Below are positions 9,013 through 18,089 of a stretch of 64,000 bases of DNA, piece by piece (position 1 is the stretch's first letter; the number at the start of each line of letters is the position of its first letter). The notes below the pieces were generated by a model that ran no database searches, had not been told where the DNA came from, and saw only the letters and a program-made list of their open reading frames with translations. The translations under genes and the position numbers were made by a program. This DNA comes from Terriglobia bacterium (GTDB taxonomy: Bacteria; Acidobacteriota; Terriglobia; Terriglobales; Acidobacteriaceae): positions 9,389-73,388 of the forward strand of contig CAVUNN010000006.1 of assembly GCA_963742895.1 (NCBI GenBank), read 5' to 3'.

Positions 9013-10107
9013 GTGCCGCTGAAGATTAAAACAAAAGAGACATGCCGTTGGGATTTGATCAGTCTCGGCGAAGTGATGTTGCGATTCGATCCTGGCGATG
9101 GGCGCATATCGACGACGCGGAGTTTCGAGGTGTCAGAAGGCGGCGGCGAATACAACGTGGCGCGCGGGCTGAAGCGTTGCTTCGGGCTCGACACCGCAAT
9201 CGTTACGGTGATAGCTGACAACCCGGTCGGACGTCTGCTTCAGGATCTCATCTATCAAGGCGGTGTCGATCAGTCGCTGGTGAAGTGGGTTGAGTACGAC
9301 GGAGTCGGGCGCCAGGTTCGCAATGGACTGAATTTCACGGAACGAGGATTCGGGGTACGCGCGGCAGTGGGATGTTCGGATCGGGGACATACCGCGATCT
9401 CGCAGGCTAAGCCCGGCGACTTTGATTGGGACAATATATTTGGAACTCTCGGAACGAGATGGTTCCATACGGGCGGCATCTTTTGTGGACTGTCGGAGAC
9501 CACGCCGCTGCTCGCGATGGAAGCGATGCAGGCGGCAAAACGGAACGGTGCGATTGTTTCTTACGACCTGAACTATCGCGAGTCGCTGTGGAAGGTGGTT
9601 GGTGGAAAAAAAAGAGCGCATGCGGTAAATCGTGAGTTGGCCCCGTTCGTCGACGTCATGATCGGCAACGAAGAAGACTTTTCCGCCGCGCTCGGCTTCG
9701 AAGTTCCGGGAATGAATGAACACATTTCGGAATTCAATCTCGACGGCTTCAAGCGAATGATCGAAAGCGTGGTCAAAAACTTCCCCTTCCAGGTGGTGGC
9801 GACTACATTGCGAAAAGCGAAGACAGCTACCCGCAACGATTGGGGCGCAATCTGTTATCAGGATGGAAAGTTTTACGAAGCCGTCCATCGTGAGGACCTG
9901 GAAATTTACGATCGAGTGGGTGGCGGCGATTCGTTCGCGTCTGGGCTCATCTATGGTTTCCTGACCGGACAACCGGCCAGTTGGGCTGTCGAATGCGGAG
10001 CCGCACATGGGGCACTGGCGATGACTACTCCAGGTGACACGACGATGGTGACATTAAAGGAAGTAACGAACCTGATGAAAGGTGTTGGTGCGCGAATCGC
10101 GCGCTGA
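9013..10107 (+). CDS. kdgK: PfkB-family sugar kinase, 2-dehydro-3-deoxygluconokinase-like
   Basis: 364 aa. It has the PfkB N-terminal motif (LISLGEVMLRFDPGD, GGGEYNVARGL) and the C-terminal DRVGGGDSFASGLIYG motif. It lies next to the KDPG aldolase gene. Confidence 0.8.
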   Translation: MPLKIKTKETCRWDLISLGEVMLRFDPGDGRISTTRSFEVSEGGGEYNVARGLKRCFGLDTAIVTVIADNPVGRLLQDLIYQGGVDQSLVKWVEYDGVGRQVRNGLNFTERGFGVRAAVGCSDRGHTAISQAKPGDFDWDNIFGTLGTRWFHTGGIFCGLSETTPLLAMEAMQAAKRNGAIVSYDLNYRESLWKVVGGKKRAHAVNRELAPFVDVMIGNEEDFSAALGFEVPGMNEHISEFNLDGFKRMIESVVKNFPFQVVATTLRKAKTATRNDWGAICYQDGKFYEAVHREDLEIYDRVGGGDSFASGLIYGFLTGQPASWAVECGAAHGALAMTTPGDTTMVTLKEVTNLMKGVGARIAR

Positions 10108-10114
10108 GTTATAG

Positions 10115-10789
10115 ATGACAAGGGAAGAAGTGTTTCGGCGCATCGTGGAAATCGGGATTGTGCCGGTGGTGCGAGCAAAATCGGGCACACAGGCTCTAAC
10201 CGCCGCAGAGGCGGTCGCTTCGGGCGGCATACCGATCGTTGAAATCACAATGACCGTTCCGGGCGCTCTAGACGTGATCTCCGAACTCGTGCGGTCGGCG
10301 GGTAACGACTTGCTGGTTGGTGCGGGCACAGTCTTGGATGTCGTGTCTGCGAAACGATGCATCGACGCAGGCGCCGAGTTCCTGGTGAGCCCAGGACTGG
10401 ATGTTGAGGTCGTGAAACTTGCGAATAACCAAGGACAGCTGATGATGGCTGGCGCGTTGACACCCACCGAAGTGATCACGGCATGGAAGGCAGGCGCGGA
10501 TTTCGTGAAGGTATTTCCTTGCGGCAATGTTGGTGGCCCGAAGTACATCAAGGCGCTAAAAGGTCCGCTGCCGCAGGTGCCGATGGTTCCCACAGGTGGC
10601 GTGAACCTGCAGACTGCTGCTGAATTCATTAAGGCGGGAGCGGCTGCCCTGGGCATCGGTGGTGAACTCGTATCGGCATCGGCGCTTGAGTCCGGCAATG
10701 TCGGCGAGATCACTAATGCCGCACGGCAATATGTCGCCATCGTTCGCGAGGCACGCGAAGTAAATCCCGCGGTGGCCGCCATCAAGTAG
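10115..10789 (+). CDS. eda: KDPG / 4-hydroxy-2-oxoglutarate aldolase
   Basis: 224 aa. It has Eda signatures (IVPVVRA, GGIPIVEITMTVPGA, GAGTVLD, FLVSPG, VKVFP with the Schiff-base Lys, PTGGVN). Confidence 0.85.
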   Translation: MTREEVFRRIVEIGIVPVVRAKSGTQALTAAEAVASGGIPIVEITMTVPGALDVISELVRSAGNDLLVGAGTVLDVVSAKRCIDAGAEFLVSPGLDVEVVKLANNQGQLMMAGALTPTEVITAWKAGADFVKVFPCGNVGGPKYIKALKGPLPQVPMVPTGGVNLQTAAEFIKAGAAALGIGGELVSASALESGNVGEITNAARQYVAIVREAREVNPAVAAIK

Positions 10790-10799
10790 GAGAACTCAA

Positions 10800-11297
10800 A
10801 TGCAGACGGTCCGCACGATTAGACTCGGGCTTCTCGCGATTGCAATCAGCAGCCTTTTAGCCCTATCAGCAACCGCGCAAACAGCTGCTGTAGCCCACGA
10901 TCCCCAGCCAGATGCACCGTCACCGAAACATGCCGTTCGCTACTTTTCCTCTTCTGCGGTGCAGCAATCGTTTTCGACAGGTAGTGCATTATTTCAGGAA
11001 GCCGGCGTGCCCTATTCGATCGCTACTTCGCGGCGAGATAAGCCCGGAGTGGTCGAGATTCATCTTCGAAATAACGATCTGATGTTTGTGCAGGAAGGGT
11101 CGGCTACTCTCGTCACGGGCGGGACGGTTGTTTCGCCACACTCCACCGGCCCGGACGAGATACGCGGCGAGAGCATCGTGGGCGGAGAGGTTCACGAGTT
11201 ATCAAAGGGAGATGTTGTCGTTGTACCGGCTGGAACGCCTCACTGGTTTAAGGAAGTCCGAGGCACGTTTCTCGCGTATGTCGTGAAGACCAAATAG
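10800..11297 (+). CDS. Secreted cupin-domain protein
   Basis: 165 aa with a signal peptide (LLAIAISSLLALSATAQTAA). It has a cupin core (HLRNNDLMFVQEGSATLVTGG ... GDVVVVPAGTPHWF). Confidence 0.6.
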   Translation: MQTVRTIRLGLLAIAISSLLALSATAQTAAVAHDPQPDAPSPKHAVRYFSSSAVQQSFSTGSALFQEAGVPYSIATSRRDKPGVVEIHLRNNDLMFVQEGSATLVTGGTVVSPHSTGPDEIRGESIVGGEVHELSKGDVVVVPAGTPHWFKEVRGTFLAYVVKTK

Positions 11298-11358
11298 AAT
11301 TTAGCGACCTGCCGCCAATCCAGAAGAGTTACTCACATGCGGAGAGATGGCGTTAGAG

Positions 11359-11447
11359 TGGTGCCCGGAGGGGGACTTGAACCCCCACAGACCTTTCGGT
11401 CCTGCGGATTTTAAGTCCGCTGCGTCTGCCAGTTTCGCCATCCGGGC
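11359..11447 (-). tRNA. tRNA-Leu (anticodon TAA), class II with long variable arm, CCA encoded
   Basis: The reverse complement reads GCCCGGATGGCGAAACTGGCAGACGCAGCGGACTTAAAATCCGCAGGACCGAAAGGTCTGTGGGGGTTCAAGTCCCCCTCCGGGCACCA. It has a 7-bp acceptor stem, a CTTAAAA anticodon loop and a TTCAAGT T-loop. Confidence 0.9.
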
Positions 11448-11749
11448 ATTGGGAGCAGGTGTCATTCGCGGCCGCGACAGTTCCAGGTGATCCTGCCAGA
11501 TGCTCCAACAAAACACTACCATATTGCGGCGGCCAATTAGCCTCCGTCTTTCATGCAAACAGCGCTGTGCGGCCTACACGGATCAGTTCAGGCTCCGGAG
11601 TTAGCGGAGGCCAATTGCTTACTAGTTTGGTGCTGCGAATACGGGGCGCATCTTCGCGCTTAACAATTTTTTACCCTCTGAGACTAAACTTTACGAACCA
11701 GTGTCACAGTCGTGCTTCTATATCTAGTGAGGGTTAGTCGGGTCAGGTT

Positions 11750-12476
11750 ATGAAGTTTGTTGAAGTACTGCCGGTGCTTTTCGCAGCCACGTCGTGGACG
11801 AAGTGGATCCGCAGCTTGGGAGGAGTAGGGCTGCTGGTTTTGGGCGTGCTCGATGGTTCCATCGTGCCAACGTTCGGCAGTCTTGACCTGTTTACCGGGA
11901 TCCTGTCCGTCCGGCAGCGGCCACTGTGGCTGTATTACGCAGTGATGAGCACGATCGGCGGAGTGATCGGAGCATTTACGACCTACCGGCTGGGGAAAAA
12001 GGCAGGCACCGGTTGGCTGGAGAAAAAGTTTGGCGAGCAGCGCTCATTGCGGGTGCGGAGCCTTGATTCAAAGATGGGGATTCGGCGCAGTTCTGGTGCC
12101 CACGTTGGCGCCTCCGCCGTTTCCAGCGTCTGCATTCTTTTTTGCTGCGGGAAGCCTGAACTATCCAGCGCCAAAGTACATTTCGGCAATAGCACTGGGT
12201 AGGGCAGTCCGGTACGGAGCCATCGCGTATGTGGTCTCCCACTACCATCTGCATCTGCTGAAGTTTCTTCGGCATCCGGGAAAATACTGGTTGGAGTCTC
12301 TGCTGGTAACCGGCACGATCATCATCGCGATGGGACTGTTGTTCTGGTTATGGGGACGGGTCGATACGGCCACTCCCGCAACGCTGGCCATGCCCCATCC
12401 CGAAGAATCCACGGTGGGACAGGAATCTCTAAAACCAGCGTTTTTCAGGCAGCAAACGTTTATAATCAACAATTGA
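11750..12476 (+). pseudogene. YqaA/DedA-related membrane protein, apparent +1 frameshift near 12030-12070
   Basis: ORF 11750..12202 carries the N-terminal half (LVLGVLDGSIVPTFGSLDLF...TYRLGKKAG..WLEKKFG). Overlapping ORF 12030..12476, in another frame, carries the C-terminal half (RWGFGAVLVPTLAPPPFPASAFFFAAGSL...ALGRAVRY). Together they resemble E. coli YqaA. Confidence 0.6.
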
Positions 12477-12477
12477 A

Positions 12478-13452
12478 ATGAAGTTTTCGATTGTTGTTCC
12501 TTTCCATAACGAAGAAGACAATGTCACCGAGCTCTATGATCGCCTGAAGGCGGTGATGGAGAATACCGGTGAGACATTCGAGCTTGTCTTCGTCGACGAC
12601 GGCAGCCACGACCGTACCTTTCCGCTTCTGCGCGAGATCGCCAGCATCGACAGCCGTGTCACCGTCGTAAAACTGCGCCGCAATTTCGGCCAGACTTCCG
12701 CGCTGGCTGCTGGTTTTGACCATGCACGCGGCGAGTACGTGATCGCCATGGACGGCGACCTGCAGCACGATCCGAACGATATCCCGCTCTTCCTGGAAAA
12801 GATCGCGCAGGGCTACGACGTGGTCAGCGGCTGGCGTAAAGTCCGCATCGACAATCTTTGGTTGCGGCGCATTCCTTCGCGAACGGCGAATTGGCTGATG
12901 GCCAAGCTGAGCGGCGTCGATATCCACGATTTCGGCACAACCTTTAAAGCCTATCGCCGCGACCTGCTGAAGCAGATTCCGTTATACGGCGAGCTGCATC
13001 GTTTCATTCCAGCGTTGGCGTCTGCTTACGGCGCCTCGATCTGCGAGATTCCAATTCGCAACGTAAATCGCGAGCGCGGTGCTTCGCACTATGGGATCGG
13101 TCGAACAGCACGCGTCTTCTTTGACCTGATCACGATCCGTTTCCTGCTGCGCTATTTGCAGCGCCCGCTGCATTTCTTTGGAACTTTAGGAATGCTCGGA
13201 ATTCTAAGCGGGACGGGAATCGCCGGGTTCCTGGCGATCACGAAGCTGTTCAACAACACTCGCATCATGCTGGATCACGGTCCGCTGCTGATTTTTGCGG
13301 CAGTGCTGATTCTTGCAGGCGGCCAGCTATTGGGACTAGGGCTGCTGGGTGAAATGAACGTGCGTCACTACCACGATGCGGTTGGCGATGCGCCCTACGC
13401 GGTAGAGCAGGTTCTACAATCTCGCAACTCGCAATCCACTATGGCGGATTGA
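12478..13452 (+). CDS. Family-2 glycosyltransferase, polyprenyl-phosphate sugar transferase type (GtrB/DPM1-like)
   Basis: 324 aa. It has FSIVVPFHNEEDN, FVDDGSHD, RRNFGQTSA and AMDGDLQHDP (DxD) motifs plus two C-terminal TM helices. Confidence 0.85.
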   Translation: MKFSIVVPFHNEEDNVTELYDRLKAVMENTGETFELVFVDDGSHDRTFPLLREIASIDSRVTVVKLRRNFGQTSALAAGFDHARGEYVIAMDGDLQHDPNDIPLFLEKIAQGYDVVSGWRKVRIDNLWLRRIPSRTANWLMAKLSGVDIHDFGTTFKAYRRDLLKQIPLYGELHRFIPALASAYGASICEIPIRNVNRERGASHYGIGRTARVFFDLITIRFLLRYLQRPLHFFGTLGMLGILSGTGIAGFLAITKLFNNTRIMLDHGPLLIFAAVLILAGGQLLGLGLLGEMNVRHYHDAVGDAPYAVEQVLQSRNSQSTMAD

Positions 13453-13470
13453 TCTGAGCAGAAGAAAATG

Positions 13471-13501
13471 AAAAAGCCTCGGCCGGGTCCGAGGCTTTTT
13501 C
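13471..13501. terminator. Bidirectional rho-independent terminator between convergent genes
   Basis: aaaaa-gcctcgg-ccgggt-ccgaggc-ttttt hairpin flanked by A and T runs. It lies between the stops at 13452 (+) and 13519 (-). Confidence 0.6.
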
Positions 13502-13518
13502 TTTCGGCCAGAGCAATG

Positions 13519-14535
13519 TCAGTGTTTCAACAGTGTCCAGTCGTCCAGCAGGACCGGATGGCCGCCTTCGACCACCGTTGCGTAAACTTTGTCGAATCCC
13601 TTGTGATCTTCGGGTCCGTAGTTCAACTTCAGCGCCGGCCCAAGTCCGATGTCCATGCTGTGAATACTTTCGATTCCTTCGATGAACTTCTCGCGAGTTA
13701 CATCAGCTCCAGCGCGCTTCAGGCCTTCCACTACGACCATCGCGTCCGCAAATCCTTCCAGACTTACGAAACTCGGTTGTGAGCCGGGGAAATACTTCTC
13801 AATCGATTCGCGGTAAAGTTTTACTGAGGGCAGATCGAGGCGGTCGTAGGGCGGGACCACCTGTGTAATCACGATTCCGTCTGCGTCGTGGCCGGCTTCT
13901 TTAATCAGAGCTTCGGTCCCGACGAATGAAACAGTAAGAAATAACGGGTGCCAGCCGGTGCTGTGAGCTTCTTTCAGGATTTCGGCGACGGGCGCATACG
14001 GACCCACCACCACAACGGCATCGGGATTGGCTGCGCGAACTGCAGACAGGCCAGCCTGAACCGCTACAGTGTTACGCGGAAACGTTCCCAGTGCGGCGGG
14101 TGTCGCATGATGCTTGTCGAGCGCAAGTTTCACGCCGTCGAGGACGGCCTTGCCGAAGGCATCGTCCTGATAGATTACGCCGACTTTGTGAAGATTGATC
14201 TTCCAGAGGTTATCGATCTGCTCACGGGTCTCGTCATAGTACGAAGCGCGAACGTTGACAATGTAGTGTTTCAGCGGCTCGTAAAGCAGCTGCGCGCCGG
14301 TGAACAAGCCTACGACTGGAAGCTTTTGTGCCTGCGATAGAGGCACGTATTTGGCTGCCGTCGGAGTGCCAACGAAGAAGCCAGCAGCGAAGACATCTTC
14401 CTTTTTCAGACGGCTAAAGCAGGCCTCTGCCTTGGCTGGATCGTAACCGTCGTCGAACGCCATAAGTTGAACTTTGCGGCCGTGTACGCCACCCTGATCG
14501 TTGACGTAGTGCAAATAGGCGGTCGCACCGAGCAC
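13519..14535 (-). CDS. Type-I periplasmic binding protein (LivJ/branched-chain amino-acid ABC substrate-binding-like); N-terminus unresolved
   Basis: 338-aa ORF. YLHYVNDQGGVHGRKVQLMAFDDGYDPAKA is typical of the LivJ family. The ORF lacks a signal peptide, and a hydrophobic N-terminal-like segment sits in a different frame upstream (see finding). Confidence 0.75.
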   Translation of the reverse strand: MLGATAYLHYVNDQGGVHGRKVQLMAFDDGYDPAKAEACFSRLKKEDVFAAGFFVGTPTAAKYVPLSQAQKLPVVGLFTGAQLLYEPLKHYIVNVRASYYDETREQIDNLWKINLHKVGVIYQDDAFGKAVLDGVKLALDKHHATPAALGTFPRNTVAVQAGLSAVRAANPDAVVVVGPYAPVAEILKEAHSTGWHPLFLTVSFVGTEALIKEAGHDADGIVITQVVPPYDRLDLPSVKLYRESIEKYFPGSQPSFVSLEGFADAMVVVEGLKRAGADVTREKFIEGIESIHSMDIGLGPALKLNYGPEDHKGFDKVYATVVEGGHPVLLDDWTLLKH

Positions 14536-15037
14536 TGTCTGGATCCCGAGAAAACGTGCCGGTCCATCGAGCGCGGAGCAGGATCCAAGCTTGATTTCTT
14601 TTTCGCTTACCCCGGGCTGTTTTTCGCAAATGCGGCGACGGTAAAGGCAACATCAAAGCAAATGTCGCAGCACGCGTGGCACATGTAATGAAGAGAAAAA
14701 TGGTCATGCATAAACTTCCTTGCCAAGTCTCAGATTTTGAGATCCCCACGGGTTTGGTGATAGACCAGTGCACGCCGTATTCCGCGCTGCACCAGAAGTG
14801 GTGCATAGCTAAGTAGTTGAAACAAAGGTGGCGACGAAATTTCGGCTAGCGTAGGTCCGTCTCAAGATCTATTTCCGAAGGATTGTTTTCTCGCTTTGAG
14901 ACGCTGATCGAACTGAGTGATTGGCATCACAGCAAAGAGTTCTTCCGGCGCCCAAACTGACCCACGGTAGTACAGGTTTCGAGCTTATGGGGCTATAGAG
15001 AAAGGCTTATAATGTAGCGGTTTTGCCTATGCCAACT

Positions 15038-16226
15038 ATGCAAAAAATAAGTCATGATCTGCGACTCGCCAAGCGCATGTCGCGCTTGGGAACTGAGACC
15101 GCTTTCGAGGTTCTGGTACGCGCTAAGGCGCTCGAAAAACAAGGGAAAGACATCGTCCATCTCGAGATTGGGGAGCCTGATTTCGATACTCCCGCGAATA
15201 TCATTGAGGCTGCCAGTGAGGCACTTCATGGTGGATGGACGCATTACGGCCCGTCTGCGGGGTTACCGGACTTGCGGCAGACGATCGCCGACTATGTCGG
15301 TCGCACTCGCAAAGTTCCGGTCGCGGCCGACCAAGTAGTGGTTGTTCCTGGCGGTAAGCCAATTATTTTCTACACGATTCTGTCCTTAGCGGAACAAGGG
15401 GATGAGGTTATTTATCCGAATCCCGGGTTCCCGATCTACGAATCGATGATCAACTTTGTTGGCGCGAAAGCGGTTCCAATTCAGTTGCGGGAGAGCATGG
15501 ACTTTCGCATGGATGCGAACGAACTTCGCGACCTGATCACCGACCGCACGCGGCTCATCATTATTAACTCTCCGCAGAATCCGACAGGCGCCGTGTTAAC
15601 CGAGCGAGATGTGCGCGATATCGCGAATGCAATTGGTGATCGCGACATTATGGTGTTGTCGGATGAAATCTACAGCCGCTTAATTTTCGAGGGGCAACAT
15701 CACTCCATCCTGTCGCTCGACGATTGGAAAGATCGCACGATCCTGCTCGATGGATTCTCGAAGACCTACGCGATGACTGGCTGGCGCATGGGCTACGGGG
15801 TAATGCGCGCCGACCTGGCGAATCACGTTGCGCGCCTGATGACAAACTCGAATTCGTGTACAGCGAGTTTCACACAAATGGCGGGGATTGAGGCGCTCAC
15901 AGGGCGATCAGTCGTCGGTGGACACGATGTGTGCGGAATTCCAACGACGCCGCGACATGTTCATCGAGCGCGTAAATCGGATCAAAGGTTTCTCGTGCCG
16001 GTCACCCAAGGGCGCGTTCTACACTTTCGCAAATATCACGCAGACGGGATGGAACTCAAAAAAATTGGCAGATGCGTTACTGGAGCAGGCAGGAGTTGCT
16101 GTTCTTTCGGGGACTGCGTTCGGCCAATTTGGAGAAGGCTATCTTCGCTTCAGCATAGCCAATTCCTACGAGAACATCGCGAAGGCTCTGGACCGGATCG
16201 AGGAGTGGACGAAGAGGAATCTTTAG
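15038..16226 (+). pseudogene. Class I/II (aspartate/aromatic-type) PLP aminotransferase, apparent +1 frameshift near 15900
   Basis: ORF 15023..16324 is aminotransferase-like up to ...FTQMAGIEALTG (SPQNPTG, LDGFSKTYAMTGWRMGY with the PLP Lys) and then becomes nonsense. ORF 15888..16226, in another frame, holds the canonical C-terminus (KGAFYTFANI...AVLSGTAFG..GEGYLRFSIANS). Confidence 0.8.
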
Positions 16227-16236
16227 GGACGTGCGG

Positions 16237-17512
16237 TTATGTCCCCACACATCCAAAGGAAGGATGTGTGGGGCATTCGACTGCCGCGTCTGATTTCATC
16301 CGCTCTGACTTGATCCAGGAGTAGTCGATCGTAAAATCTTGCCCGGCAAGTGAACGTTCAACGTATTCGCGTTCCAGTTCATTCACCCCGAATTGCCCAG
16401 CCTTGATATCCGCGACTTCCGAAGCGTGGTAGCCTCCCGGTCGAACTTCTCCACAGCGATAGGTAAAGACGTCCCCATCGAGTAGATTACGCAGATTCAT
16501 GGTGAAGGTTTCGCGGGTCTGGAGCCAGCGGCCGGAGTTCGGCAGGGCTAGTTTATAAACGAGTAGCGCGGTTTCGTACGCTCGATCGGTGACTTCCGTC
16601 TGGAAATGGAGTTCCTGGCCGGCGATCGGTTTCAATCGCGCCGTGCCGAGAACAAATGGCCCGCGGCCATACTCCGACTCAAGATGTCGAGCTTTGGCGA
16701 TTTGCATCAGGGCATCGTAGCGGAAGTCGGCGAGTCCGAAGAGTGCTCCGGTGGCGACTTCGAGTCCTGCGCTCATCGCGCGATCGTGATTGTCCATTCG
16801 CAAAAGAAATTCGCGTTTTTGCGGACTGCTGCGCATGCCATTTACGGTATGCGTCAGGATCGAGCGTTTCGTCCCACTGCACAATGCCCCATAAGCCAGC
16901 GTCATACAGGGCGGCGTAAGCTTCGCTGCTCAGATATTCTGTGCAGAGCAGAACGCCAGAGCCTGGTTGATCGTCGAGCATTTCCACTACTTTGGCGACG
17001 TAGCGGACGAGCAGATCGGTAGTGAACTCGGGATCAGTAGCATAGACGAGTTCGATGACCCGCATGTCGCGCGCAAGGACCAATCGCGCTTCTTCTTCGA
17101 GTTCTTCTAGCGAAAGTCGCTTCCGAATCGCGGACTTGCGGGTTGCGGAAAAATTGCAATAAGGACAGGCATCAACGCAGTAACTGGAAACGTAAATCGG
17201 CGCAACGTAGCGGACGCTATTGCCGAGGCGGTTCATCGAGCGGTGAGCGACTGTCTCGCGCAGTAGTTGTCTCTGCTCATTAGCATCGAAAGTCGCGCCG
17301 ATCTCGAAAAGTTCCGCTAGCTCGGAGAGGCAGAGCGTCTGATGCTCGCTCGATGCCAGCAGATCGCGGAGCCGCTCGACAGAAGGACAGCCAACCGCTC
17401 CGAGAACGGACCGGACTTCATCTTGTTTCGCTGCAAAAATCGAACTGAATGACATCGTTGCCACACAATGAGTGTAGCAATCGAAGCCGATCCGCGAAAT
17501 GACACGCGTCAC
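16237..17512 (-). pseudogene. ThiH/HydG-like radical SAM enzyme, apparent +1 frameshift near 16840-16905
   Basis: ORF 16679..17512 holds the N-terminal part with the CxxxCxxC cluster (YVSSYCVDACPYCNFS...LSLEELEEEA) up to ...DAYRKWH. ORF 16237..16905, in another frame, continues ThiH-like (MDNHDRAMSAGLEVATGALFGLADFRYD...). Start at 17512 or Met20. Confidence 0.75.
16243..16273. terminator. Perfect 12-bp hairpin between convergent genes (putative bidirectional terminator)
   Basis: ccccacacatcc-aaaggaa-ggatgtgtgggg. It lies just after the aminotransferase stop (16226) and inside the last codons of the minus-strand radical SAM ORF. There is no strong T-run. Confidence 0.5.
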
Positions 17513-18006
17513 TCTCCGGCGGCTTTGAGCAATCCGATTACTCCGGCGATGTTCTTGATCAGCTCGGGCGGAAAGTGATGGCGCTGCTGCAAGTATTCTG
17601 GCGAGTTGTAGGAAATCCAGATGTTCCCGTCAGAGTCTTCCCAGATCAGAGCTTTCAGCGGGAGATCGATGGCGACGGTGGGAGCGGCAATCATCAGCGG
17701 CGTTCCACCCTTTGGGTTCCCGAAGATGACGAGCTTGGTGGGACGCATCTCCATGCCGACTTTCGCGGCTTCGCCGCTGTGATCGACGACGGCGAAGATG
17801 GCAATGCCTTTCTCTTTGAGAACGGACTGGAGCCGTTCGAGCGTTTTGTCGACTGAGTATTTGCTGGGCATACTTTCGATTCCGCTAGCGACGGGTGTGC
17901 TCACTTCATCCTCCCAAATCCAATGTGAATCATGAGATGAGCGCGACACTGCCGGCGGCCCAGAGAATTGAGTAAATAGATCACCTGCGCTCGTGATTAT
18001 GCTCAC
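17509..18006 (-). CDS. DUF302 domain protein
   Basis: The C-terminal 120 aa fit DUF302 (IFAVVDHSGEAAKVGMEMRPTKLVIFGNPKGGTPLM...DLPLKALIWED). The true start may be the internal MPSKYSV (about 17871). The stop overlaps the radical SAM ORF start by 4 nt. Confidence 0.8.
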   Translation of the reverse strand: MSIITSAGDLFTQFSGPPAVSRSSHDSHWIWEDEVSTPVASGIESMPSKYSVDKTLERLQSVLKEKGIAIFAVVDHSGEAAKVGMEMRPTKLVIFGNPKGGTPLMIAAPTVAIDLPLKALIWEDSDGNIWISYNSPEYLQQRHHFPPELIKNIAGVIGLLKAAGE

Positions 18007-18089
18007 TGCCTGGGTGGCAACGGTGAACTAGCCTCGGCTACCGGCGTCAAAAGTGCGCGTCTGAATTCCGCCAGCGCAATGGGGAAGCC

